Origin: Lama guanicoe
Lineage: Eukaryota
DNA length: 64,000 nucleotides
Assembly: GCA_013239625.1 (NCBI GenBank)
Contig: MU053487.1
Coordinates: 1,507,058 to 1,571,057 of the forward strand
Direction of reading: 5' to 3'
A program made the translations under genes and the position numbers. The notes beneath the pieces are model-generated. The model saw only the letters and a list, made by a program, of their open reading frames with translations, did no database searches and was not told where the DNA came from. Shown here piece by piece: positions 52,711-64,000 of the stretch (position 1 is the first letter of the stretch; every line of letters starts with the position of its first letter).

Positions 52711-54194
52711 AACTATTCAATTTACTAACATAAAGAACAATGAAAAAGAGCAGGTTGCAGACTAGTGGTTAAAAAGACAGGAGTTGTACAACGTTTAGGT
52801 GTGTAATATGAGTGTTTTTCTCTGTATGTAAGTGGAAATTTAAGTAGATAATCTTGTCTACATTTCTGCAGCCCTGGGGAGGAATGAGTACTGGTGATAC
52901 TGGTTAGCACCCATCAGCATGTGACTGTCTTATGATGGAAAGAGGCATTCATTGGTCCCTAATCCAGCTCATGCATTTTGCATGCATAGTTTTGTAATTT
53001 TCCTCCCAAGTTTTCTTTGGGAAAACTCTGTAAAAATAGAAAACTTTCTCTCAATACATTCCTATTCTGTTTTGGAACTAGATGAGTAGTTTGATGTATT
53101 ATAGATATATATATGTTATTTTCATTTGAGTCAAAATTTTATACACTGAAATAATTATTCATTCAGTTTTATGAAATCACGCAGTAAATTCATGTAAGAG
53201 ACTTTGGAACATACCAAGGTTTTCTGATGTAAAAACTCTCCGTTTTGTGTTAGACATTCTCACTATTAGATGGTTCACTGTACCCCTTGTAATTGGTTTT
53301 TAGAGCCTCTACCACTTTACTCTTTCCCTTGTAGATATGCTAATAGTTAGCAGCACCCCTTGCACAGCACGTATGACCCAACCATGGCTCTTATCATTTC
53401 TTCTGAGCTGAAAGTCAGATGGACAGCCGAGGATTTTGCACAGCTCCATGACCCCATGTCCTTCCGTTGGGGAGTGACTGAAAGTATGTGAAAGAAAATA
53501 ACACAATTTAAAAGCAGTGATTTCTGTGAACACAATAAATTTTCATTTAACTCAAGATGTGTGCTTTGGGTTATAATTGGGAATTAAATTCTTTAGGCTG
53601 CTGCTACCTCTGGTAAATGCTGGTAAAAATGATTCTAATCAGTACAGTTGATCAGTGGAGTTTTTTCTTTGTTTCTGAATCTACCAAACTGACTTTAAAA
53701 TCTCTGCCCTACTTTTTCATGAGGGTTAATGCATAGTTCCACTGTGGAAAAAAAAAATTAAACACGAACAGTTGTAGACAGTAAAGGACAAAAAATAATA
53801 TCTAGTATGCAGAAGCAATAATGGGATGCCTTGGATGGACTATATTTAATTGTCTAAATCAAAAACAAATTACTGCTGTTCCCTTAAAAGCATTTCTTAC
53901 CACGTGAAGAATAGGGACCGCAGTAGACGCTCTGCACTTTGACATCAGTAAAATGCCTGTTAAAGTGTGTCATGAAATATGACCCAGAAAATTGGTTTAA
54001 ATTGACTTGCAAGAGGATGCAGTGCGTGGGTTAGAAACTAACTCGTGAGAAAGATGCATGATCATTAAAACTGTGGCCGCTCTCTGTTTCAGGTCCCGAT
54101 GTAGGTTAACCTTCTCATGAGGGATATTTCCATCACTGTAATCTGCAAATGTAGTCATTTAGGAAGTGCCAGATTCAAACTGGTACTCAAATGG

Positions 54195-54692
54195 GCTGTA
54201 TGTTGAATTAAAGATGGCCACGTGTTATCTGGCAGTCTGTCCATCAAGACTTGAAGATTATGTCCCCTCCTCATGAAAATGAGAAGGGTCTGTGACTGCT
54301 TTGACCAATAGAATAGAGCTGCGACCTTTTAATAATTCCTTGGCCCAGGACTAAAATCTTCCACTTCTATCTCCTTTGGGTTTGCTGCCTCTGGGATCTC
54401 AGCTAATTCTGTGAGAAATCCAAATTACACAGAGAAGACCTATATGGATGCTCTAGGAGGCAGACTAGCTGAGTTCTCAGCTGACAGCAAGGATCAGCTA
54501 CTGGCCTTTTGTGAAACTATCCAGCTCCATAGAATCTTTGCACAAGGCCAGCCCTGGTCACCATCGGTACACAACTACACAGGAGATCCCAAGCAAGCAA
54601 CCCCCAGATCACCCCAGCAACTCATAGAACTGTGAGAAATTAGAATGAATTTGGGGAGCAGGAGAGGTCATCCCATGGCAATATATACTGAT
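54195..54692 (+). mobile_element. MLT1 LTR
   Basis: ttaaagatggcca...gtgactgctttgaccaatagaat...tcagctgacagc...catagaactgtgaga. Confidence 0.7.
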
Positions 54693-55059
54693 ATATTTAA
54701 GTCCAACCTTTAAGTAGTGACAGATGTGGCATTTAAAAGTAGAATTATAATCCTTTAGCAAAAGAGGATATTCTCATTAATCGACATTAGAAAGCATTTG
54801 AAGATGCACATGCAGATAAAAATCTGCAAATATAATCCCTACCTCTCAAAAAATCTTTCGTAAACTTATTTTTAAAATTTTCTCTTTGAAGTCAGTGGAA
54901 GGGGAAGAGAGCTTTCCTGTATCTATTATATAGTCGGACTTAAGGTGAATATTTGGTTATATTTTAGTATCTAAAAAGGATATGTAAAAAGGCTAATAGG
55001 ATTTATTTTATTTTCATTATTTTACTATATTTAGATGACTTTATTATACAGATCTCACA

Positions 55060-55562
55060 TTATTTTAATTGAAGTATAGTCAGTTTACAATGTTTTGTCA
55101 ATTTCTGGTGTACAGCATGATGTATCAGTCATACATATGCACACATATATTTGTTTTCATACTTTTTCATTATAGGTCACTACAAGACATTGAATATAGC
55201 TCCCTGTGCTATAAAGTATAATCTTGTTGTTTATCTATTTTATATAGAGTAGTTAGTATCTGCAAATCTCGAACTCCTAATTAATACCTCCGCTGCCCCT
55301 TGTACCCCTATTAACCATAAGTTTGTCTTCTATGTCTGTGAACCTGTTTCTGTCTTGTAAATAAGTTCATTTGTGTCTTTTTTTAAGATTCCGCATGTAA
55401 GTGATATCATATGGTATCTATCTCTTTCTGGCTTACTTCACTTAGTATGACAATCTCTAGGTCCATCCGTGTTGCTGCAAATGGCATTATTTTATCCTTT
55501 TTATGGCTGAGTAGTATTCCATTGTGTGTGTGTGTGTATCACAACTTCTTTATCCAGTCATC
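55060..55562 (-). mobile_element. Young L1 3' end
   Basis: Aligns with 8104-8620 (ttgaagtatagtcagtttaca, gttagtatctgc, tctggcttacttcacttag, ggtccatccgtgttgctgcaa). Confidence 0.92.
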
Positions 55563-57899
55563 AGATTATATTTTTAATAGCCATACTGTAGTTAAGCTGT
55601 ATTTAAAGTTACAAGAAAACATTCCAAAACAAACCAAAATTTCATGTGTGAAAACACAGTATACACCATTTCAAAGAATAAGTGTGATTCTTGTGAAACA
55701 ATAGCCAAAGTAGGAATGAACAGTCTTTTTTAGCCCATAGTAGGCACTGAATAACCTCCTGTTAATCAATTGATTAATGGCCTGGCCTGTGTATAGAGGT
55801 TCCATGTCATGAAGACAGACAACTCCATACATCTCTTCTTGCATCATACCTACCTGCATCCTGAATGCAAGGAAATGCTTCAGGCCGCAGACACACACAT
55901 TTCTATAAATCAAAACCTGGAGGATTCTTTTAAGTCTTTCCATCATCAATCATTATCCAGCTCTCTGACAGTTTATGTCATAGCATTAAATGTCTCTGTA
56001 CAACCGGGGTCTGGACTTTAGACATGGTAATTGATTTAAGACTGTCTCCAGTTGTTTCAAGAGAGAAGAGAAAGAGAACTGAGTTAACTTATTTTTTTTC
56101 AGTGCCCATAGCAAACATACACAGGAATTAAAATGCTGACATTTAAGTATCTCGTAATACTTTAAGAACTAATTTAGATTTTCTTTTTGCAAAATCTTTT
56201 GAATAAAAAAAAATAATTGGGAAGAGCAACCAGACACTTCAAATAGTGTGAACTTTAAAACTGCCACCTGCGTTTAAAAAAAAAATCTTTTTCTCTCTTC
56301 ACTTTAGAATTGCAATCAGCTTAACACACTCCATAACCAACTCTGAATGGGGTTCATGCCAACATTCCAAATTGCCAGCTTATCAAGACTCCTTGCCCTC
56401 TTTATCTGTATGCTTCTTGGCCTTTTTTTTTTTTTTCTTTTTCTTTTTTTTAAGATGAGTTTGAAAGAAAAGAGTGTGGGTTTGTGTAGAAGGTTAGGCT
56501 GGTAAGAAGGATGAGGAAGGGAGTAATGTGGGAACATCAGAAATAGATGCTTTCTTGGCATTCTTTGCCTTTTGCTATGTGTGTGGGATTTTTAAAAAAA
56601 AATGTTCCATCAGAGTAAAGAGGACTCACATAAAATTAGAATAAAAGAAAGAGAATTTCTCCTGCTGACGTTTCCTTAATCCAAATATGCTTGAATCAGA
56701 GGGGAAATAAAACAGACTTTTCCTGCTTTTTTTCCTCTGTTTTTAAGTAACTGCTTGTACTGAACCTTGGGATACCCTCTGTGTTGTGTTTTGTGTGTGT
56801 AAGTATTCTTTAAGGCACTTCACTCCTGAAGTTTCAAAGTACGTGGCAAGGGTACTGAATTGGGAGACATTTGGCAGCAGACTTGGTTCACAGTAGATCT
56901 ATTAGATGGTGAACGTGACTGTTTTGGAAGGTTTCCTTGACTCTCTGCTGGGTGCTGAATCACAGTGATTACCAACCTAAGTGAGCCAAAGATGAATCTG
57001 GGAAAATGAAACAGGATATAGAGATCTACTGCATTTCAAGGTTAAAAAAATGTTTCTTGAGACACTGAGACATAGAGAGTTAACACACCAATTTTGGGTC
57101 CCCAAATTTCACTAGTGGATTTTATCTAAGGGCTAAGTCACAGTCTCACACGATCTCTTCCAGGAAAGAGGAAAAAAGGAAATCCTGACCAGTTTGCTTT
57201 ATGGGGCCAGTGTAACCTGGAAACAAAAATATAATAAATACAAGAAAGGAAAATTGAAGGCCGATTTAAATTTACTCTAGACATACATAAGGTGCATACC
57301 ACAATTTGTTTTAAAAATAACACTATTAAGAGAAAGCAATATATGGACAGATACATTGTGTTTGGAGAGTCTATCTCAATACTTTAAGATGAATTGTCTC
57401 CCCGATGTCATTTATATGTTCACTGTTGTAACTATAGCAATTGCTGTAATTACAGCAACTGTAACTGAAATACCAGCTGTTTTGCTGTCATTCAGCATGA
57501 ACCTGGAGTTTCTCCCATATGTAAAGTGTTCAGTCAGCATCTCCCTGGGCCACAAACTCACAGAAACCCAAGAGTTAATTATTCTGCCATGAACTGGCTA
57601 AGTGGATGTAGTGGGAGTCTGTTTGGTTTATTTCACACATACAAGTATACGTACGTATCTTAATTTAAATCCTCCCTGCTCTTAAGACATTTCTTTCTGA
57701 AGAGTTTTTTGTTTGTTTGTTTTTTTCCCACCAATCTACTTGGATCAAAAGACCAAAAGAACAGCCCTAATTATATCTACCAGATGTGACAAGGTATAGT
57801 CTTTTTGGTTTATTTCCCATTGATTTTTGGATTATGCCTCCACTAGAGATTAGAGTGAATCACAAACTCTAAAAATATAGAAAACTTTCAACATTGACT

Positions 57900-58430
57900 T
57901 TCAAAAAGTAGATAAAGGAAAGAAACAACAGTTTTTGTCCTCCTTTGGTATGGCTACTGCAGCGCTTGGAAGTGGACAGTCTTGTCCTTAGATTTCTTCG
58001 GCCCATCAGGGAACCGAGATCAAAAGCTAATTGTCACCTTGAAAGCTGGGAAGACAGCTGCATTCAGAGAGATACAGCACAGGGATCTGCTTAGCTGGAG
58101 AAGAATCTGCTGGAGAAAGTTGAAGCCATAAACTGAGAAGAACTTAAGTAGTAATTTTGGTTGAATTACTGAAAGCTGAGAGTGAAAGTGAGTAAATCCT
58201 GGGGGAAGCAGTGTTAGGACAGCCTAGACTCTTCCTTTAGGAATCCCACCAGGTTCTCCAGGTGAGGAAAGAAACCCCCTCCCTGGAGGCCCTGGCGGAA
58301 GTGGAGAAGAAAAACTGCAAACTATACCCAGACCCTTCTCCTGCTCTCCATGAAAGGACTTCACAGGAGTGCAGGTTTGGAACCTTATTCCAGCTGTTTG
58401 AGGGTAAGTCCTCCCCACTCCAGCCTTCAT
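57900..58430 (+). mobile_element. Possible old L1 5'-region remnant
   Basis: Motifs such as aactatacccagacccttctcc and aaccttattccagc resemble ancestral L1M 5' regions. Confidence 0.35.
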
Positions 58431-59399
58431 GATAGAAAAGGTATAGAATCCATGTTGCCTTTTTCCTTCACCTCAGATAGATTGATAGAGGATGGATGGA
58501 TGGGTGGATAGACAGACAGAGATGTAACTTTAAATGCTTAAAGTTTAAGCACATTTTAAAGGTGAAACAGTTTATTTTATCTGAGGCTTATTGAGAGCCA
58601 CTAGACTGAAGTTCTACATTTCATAATATAATTATACTTATTTCCTTTTATCTATAAAAAGTCAATGTTATGTGTTGAATTTAGTACACTTGGGTAACTA
58701 ATAATGACAACATAAACAAATTATCTTTCTTTTGTTAATGAGATTTTATTTGAATGGTTCCAGCAAATTTCTGTTTTTCTCTGCAGTAATTTAAAAACTC
58801 TATACTGTAATGAGAAAGCGTGAAGTGTATACATTGAAATTTGAGCCAACACAAAGTACAAAGATAGGACAACAAACATCACACAAAATTCCATCGTATA
58901 GAAATATCTACTCTGAATATTTGAACATCATTGCACTTATCACTATTTGCACATATGGGTAGAAAGATGATAAATTTTAAAATGAATAATGTACATGAGA
59001 TTTCTATAAATGTTCATGAATTTTTACTAGAAATTAAGGATAGGTAGGGCCACCAAATATGGCAGACTAAACCTTTTTAACTTTGCGGTCTCTTAAAGAA
59101 CACTGAAAAAACAATATGGACAAAACGGTCATAAACTTTTAAGTAGAAAGAAAACAAGAGTAAAACTAACAGGAGATAAGAAGTATCAACAAAATTTTAC
59201 AGTTTAGAGAACCAGTGTACAGGGGTTAGATCTTTAGTGTGTAGAAAGCTTAAAGATGAACCTCTAGCAAAACAACAAAACAAAACAAACACAAGTTGAA
59301 GGAATGGGGACACACACATACACACACGGAGAAAAATACAAAGTTTCATTATCACACAATTCCAAGTGGTTGCAATAAAAGACCTTGCAATAAAAGACA

Positions 59400-61600
59400 G
59401 GGGTCACATAAAAATGATCAGTTATGAAAATAACATGAAACCTCTTAATGACAATAGTAAAATTTAAAAATCAATCAGGCAGTATTTAAAATTAAGAGAA
59501 ATAATATAAATCCTAGAATTGTATCCATACCTATTCAAACTATCACTCAAGGGTAACATGTGAAAAGTCTCTAAAAATTTTTCCTTTCATGCCCCCATTA
59601 TCCAGAAGTTAATGGAGGGTTGTTTTGCCAAAGTGAGCGAATCAAGAAACAGGAGGATATGCACTTTAGAATCATTGTTTTCAAAATGTAAGACTGGAAA
59701 GGGAATTGTCCTGGATTTTTTTCTAAAGGGAAGTAAATCCCAGAAGGAGAGTTGTAGGGCAGATATGGAAAGAAAGTGGACCAGTTGAGATATGTCAGTG
59801 TTGAGTACACAGGGCAGTGTGGAAAGGTGGAAATGTGTAAGAACATTACTCCTGGGTTCAGCTGTCAATGATATTTGTAATAGAATGTAATTTGTACAAC
59901 GATTTAATGAAAAACAGCCAATATCTACATGGTGGCATATTGGGAATTTGGAAGTAGAAAATTATATATATGAGTGGAAGGAGAGTCTACAGAGCTAAGT
60001 TCTCATTTTCTTATATTAGGAAGAACAAGCTAATATGTGAAACTAAACAATGAATATGTCTTATGGAACCATGAAAGTTAAAAGCAGCCCCAAAAGAAGG
60101 TGGAAGTGGTAACTTCTACGATGTGGGAAAAGAGTGTAGAGCTGACTGGAGAGGAGAATGTTATTTTTTATTACATACCTTAGAGAACAAATTTTAAATA
60201 TTTTGCAGATGTATTAAGAAATTAAAATGAAACTAAAGGGATTGCTCAAAGTCACCTACATGTTTTTCCTAATTTTACCTTTTAATTTAAAACATAAAGC
60301 TTTAAGTGAAATCTAGAATTTAGGGTCATTCGACTTTTTTGCTGCTTCAATACTAGATGATTTATTGATTCCCTAATAATAGCAGTAAAATAACAATAAT
60401 AACTCTTGAACTGCCCCCTACTAGCCTTCTGTCCTCCACGAAATTTTGGTTAGTGACATTATTTTAACAACACCATAACGTATAGAATTCATATTTGGTT
60501 TTCTACTCACATTCACAGAATGTTTTAGTTTTAGTTTAATATTTAAATGGGCTACTACACTTGGCTAGTTCTTTCACCGTGACTTGGACATTTTTGAGTT
60601 CCTTATTTTTATTTATTTTTTGATTGTGTTGATTTCATGTTACAGGTTTTTTAATTATTATTATTCCAGAAGGCTCACCTATAGTATATTCCCTAAACCC
60701 TTTATGTTTGACCTTGTCAGATTCTCATTTCTACAAGTGAAGCATGACTCAGTTTTGGATATAAAATTTTTGTGTCACATTTTGGTTTTGGTGGTAGTGA
60801 TTAATAGGAAATCATGTTCCCCTCTGACGTGTGGATGTAAATCTTTATCGCCTGAGTGTGGTCTCTTAAGTTGGAGTTTTCTGTTCTTATTTCTCTTTGT
60901 TTAATTTTCATTCCCAGGATAAAGTCACGTGTGCTGGCTTTTCTTCTCCTTTGTTGCTCTTCCTTATCCTTATCTACTTATTGTCTTTCTCCTTTCTTTG
61001 CTCTTGTGTGTATCTTCTCAGAGTTTTCCAGAGTGTACCTGACAGACTTGTTCTCCCATTTATTTTTCTTCCATTGATGTGGCTTTCACCGTTGTAGTGG
61101 ATTTATTTTTCTTTTCCATTTCTTTCCTGGTCTTCTTGAGCTCATTTTGATCACCTTTGGTTGTCTTATCATCTTATTTTAATTTATCAACATCTCTTAT
61201 TTGATCTCTGTTTTCAAGGAAAATGTTTTCATCACTTTTCCTTAGCACTATGGGAGACTATTTGAACTCATTTGTCTCCTGGAGTAATTACTCTCCTGAG
61301 GTATGCTTTCCCTTTCATTTTGTTCATCCTCTTTTTCTCCTTCTGATTTTTATAAATTCCAATGTCTGTGGATCTAATGCTGGTGCCGTTTTGATCATTA
61401 TAAATATGGAATCGGAGTATTTAGCTACACGATGGAAAGAACTGTAGGGAATGTCGGAGGGGTGTGCCCTGGGGTGGTCTGATATGTATGGTTCTGTTAG
61501 TTGCCTAAAGTTTGTTTTTCTGGGTTTTTTTAGATCAAATCTGATATACCCTGTATTCTGAAGACACATTTCCTCTAGGTTTTTGCCATCTGGATGGTTT
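59400..61600. mobile_element. Ancient L1/HAL1 ORF1 remnants: + (~59400-60230) and - (~60500-61600)
   Basis: aatcctagaattgtat...caaactatcactcaag is the decayed PRILYP/KLSF region. Strand bias switches from A-rich to T-rich near 60.3-60.5 kb. Confidence 0.4.
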
Positions 61601-62506
61601 GCGAGGCTCATGAAGAATTCCAGCCAGTTACTTTAGCCTCTGTTGTGATCTGGTGATTTTCTTTGTCCCCTTCGCCCTTCACGGGGAAGCATTTCAGTTA
61701 TGTCCCGCAACCATGAAGCTGACTTACAAATAACTAGGTGAGCCTTCAGTTGCTTTTCTTTCTCTTCCAATTAACTGCCATTCTCCACTCTTGCATTCAT
61801 ACTGTCCATGGCGGGCCAGTAGGATTAAATCACAGACTCAGAATAAAGAAAACCTATAGCAGAGGGACTTTTCAGTTGGAAACTGTAGAGACAAAAACGT
61901 TAGAAAACTTCAAATTTGGAGCCGTGATTGATGTTTCTGCTTCCTGAGAATGATGTTTTGCTTGATGTATATTGATTTCACAATATATTATAAAGGTGTA
62001 ATAAGACTCAGCGTCTACACTGAACAGCGTAGCTATAAGCTGGTGAAGGGAAGCTCTTAAAAATCTTCACACCAGCTATTAGCATAAAATGTATGCATGC
62101 TGTCCTCGGAATCAGTGAAAATGTATCTTCCTGGATGAATGTAGATACTGGCTATCACAAGAACTTTGTCCTGAGAGTAATTTTAGTTCTCATGCTTGCT
62201 TCTGTGGCAGTCAGTATATACCGTAGGATTCTGGGGTTGCTAAATATGGATGATCTGGGGATTTTAAACATGCGTGAATTTCATGAATTTAATTGTGCTT
62301 GTCTTCCATCTTTCAACTCAGCTAGTGAAATCACTCGCTTTTAGATCTTAGAATGTCGCTGTGAGATGATGACCAGCGAATGGGTGCTCTCAGTGAATAG
62401 TGTAAACATGAGACATGATAGCTCAGTTCTTAACACAGGGTTTGTTCCCATGATATTTTTCAATCTTTCTGAAGTGACGGTTTCCTAAATTTTCTCTTCA
62501 TTGTCT

Positions 62507-64000
62507 TTATTTTTTTTAAATTGAGTAATAATTATTTTACAATGTTCTGTCAAATTCCAGTGTAGAGCATAATTTTTCAGTTATACATAAACATACATAT
62601 ATTCATTGTCACTTTTTTTTTATTGTGAGCTACCACAAGATATTGTATATATTTCCCTGTGCTATACAGTATAATCTTGTTCATCTATTCTACATTTTAC
62701 AATCCCAGTCTGTCCCTCCCCATCCCCCTCCCCCTAGGCAACCACAAGTTTGTATTCTATATCTATGAGTCTGTTTCTGTTTTGTATCTATGTTTTGTTT
62801 TGTTTTGTTTTTTAGATTCCACATATGAGCGATCTCATATGGTATTTTTCTTTCTCTTTCTGGCTTACTTCACTTAGAATGACATTCTCCAGGAACATCC
62901 TTGTTGCTGCATATGGTNNNNNNNNNNNNNNNNNNNNNNNNNNNNNNNNNNNNNNNNNNNNNNNNNNNNNNNNNNNNNNNNNNNNNNNNNNNNNNNNNNN
63001 NNNNNNNNNNNNNNNNNNNNNNNNNNNNNNNNNNNNNNNNNNNNNNNNNNNNNNNNNNNNNNNNNNNNNNTTTTGAAGTAGGGTTCCTTCTGGATATATG
63101 CCCAGGAGCAGGATTCCTGGGTCATGTGGTAAGTCTATTCCTAGTCTTTTGAGGAATCTCCATACTGTTTTCCACCGTGGCTTTCCTTGCTTCCCTCTCC
63201 CACTCTTAATGATTTAGGTGTCTTCTTTTACAATTTTGTCTTTATTCTGTTTGGAATTCATGGTAGTTATCACCTTTCCAGGTATGAGTTTCTCATTTTT
63301 GTAGCACCCTGCTTCTTTTTTATGTAGAGTAGACCTGTGAATACTTCTTTTAGCATGGGCTTAGTGTTGCTAAGCTTTTTTAGTTTTTGCTTGTCTGTGA
63401 AGTTCTTTATCTCTCCTTCTATTCTAAAGGATAGCCTTGCTGGATAGAGTATTCTAGGCTGCATCTTCTTTTCATGCAGGACTTTGAATATATCTCACCA
63501 CTCCCTTCTGGCCTGTAGTGTTTGTGTAGAGAAATCAGCTGAGAGCCTTATGGGGGTTCCCTTGTAACTCTTAGTTTTTCTCTTGCAGCCTTTAGGATCA
63601 TTTCTTTATCCTTGACTCTGGCCATCTTGATGATGATATGTCTTGGTGTGGGTCTATTTGGGTTCTTCCTGTTTGGGACCCTCTGAGCCCTCTGTACTTG
63701 GATATCTTATTCCTTCTTTAGGTTTGGGAAGTTTTCAGTCATGATTTCTTCAAATACCTTTTCAATCCCCTTTGTTCTTTCTTCCCCTATTATGCATAGA
63801 TTGGCACACTTTATATTATCCCATAGGTCCCTTATATTGTTTTCATTGTTTTTTATTTGTTTTTCTCTCAGCTATTCTGATTGGGTGCTTTCTGTTGTCC
63901 TGTCTTCTAGGTCACTTATTCATTCCTCTGCATTATCTATCCTGCTTTCTGCAGCTTTTAGGTCAGCTCTCATCTCAGCCAATGAGTTTACTAATTCTAC
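62507..64000 (-). mobile_element. HAL1-like L1: ORF1 remnant and spacer joined to the ORF2 tail and 3'UTR; continues beyond the window
   Basis: ORF 63270-63464 QPRILYPARLSFRIEGEIKNFTDKQKL is the ORF1p C-terminal domain. About 90 bp after its stop the sequence becomes the ORF2 3' tail (63182 downward), homologous to ~8700-8810. Confidence 0.88.

Noticed and set aside
50245-58790. Isolated acceptor-like sites (~50259, ~54092, ~58787)
   Set aside because: No paired donor or open frame; such motifs are common by chance.
59370-59398. Tandem ttgcaataaaagac x2 containing AATAAA
   Set aside because: A simple slippage duplication with no evidence of a transcript end.
1-64000. CRISPR arrays, operons or prokaryotic systems
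   Set aside because: The sequence is mammalian, with no regularly spaced repeats or gene-dense structure.

Overview
This is mammalian genomic DNA with three N gaps. It is most likely camelid, because it carries two tRNA-derived Vic-1-type SINEs and cetartiodactyl-type L1 ends. I can support no protein-coding exon. The ORF track is explained by chance ORFs, GC-rich ORFs in a retroviral leader, and L1 ORF1/ORF2 remnants. The window is intergenic or intronic and is mostly transposon debris: L1, L2, MIR, MLT1, ERV1 LTRs and hAT elements. The most notable items are: (1) a decayed ERV1 whose 5' LTR and leader form the only CpG island, with CCAAT, NRF1-like and E-box motifs, no poly(A) signal and an intact splice donor, making it a candidate co-opted promoter; (2) a 337-bp 'mini-L1' with a perfect 16-bp TSD, made of the L1 5' end fused to the L1 3' end exactly after an AG, possibly a splice-generated non-autonomous element; (3) a HAL1-like L1 lacking almost all of ORF2, also joined at an AG; (4) a tailless 5S rRNA retropseudogene; (5) a ~110-bp copy of neighbouring DNA sitting in the core of a MIR. 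Repeat family names come from my recollection of consensus sequences and were not database-verified. Boundaries without TSDs are approximate.
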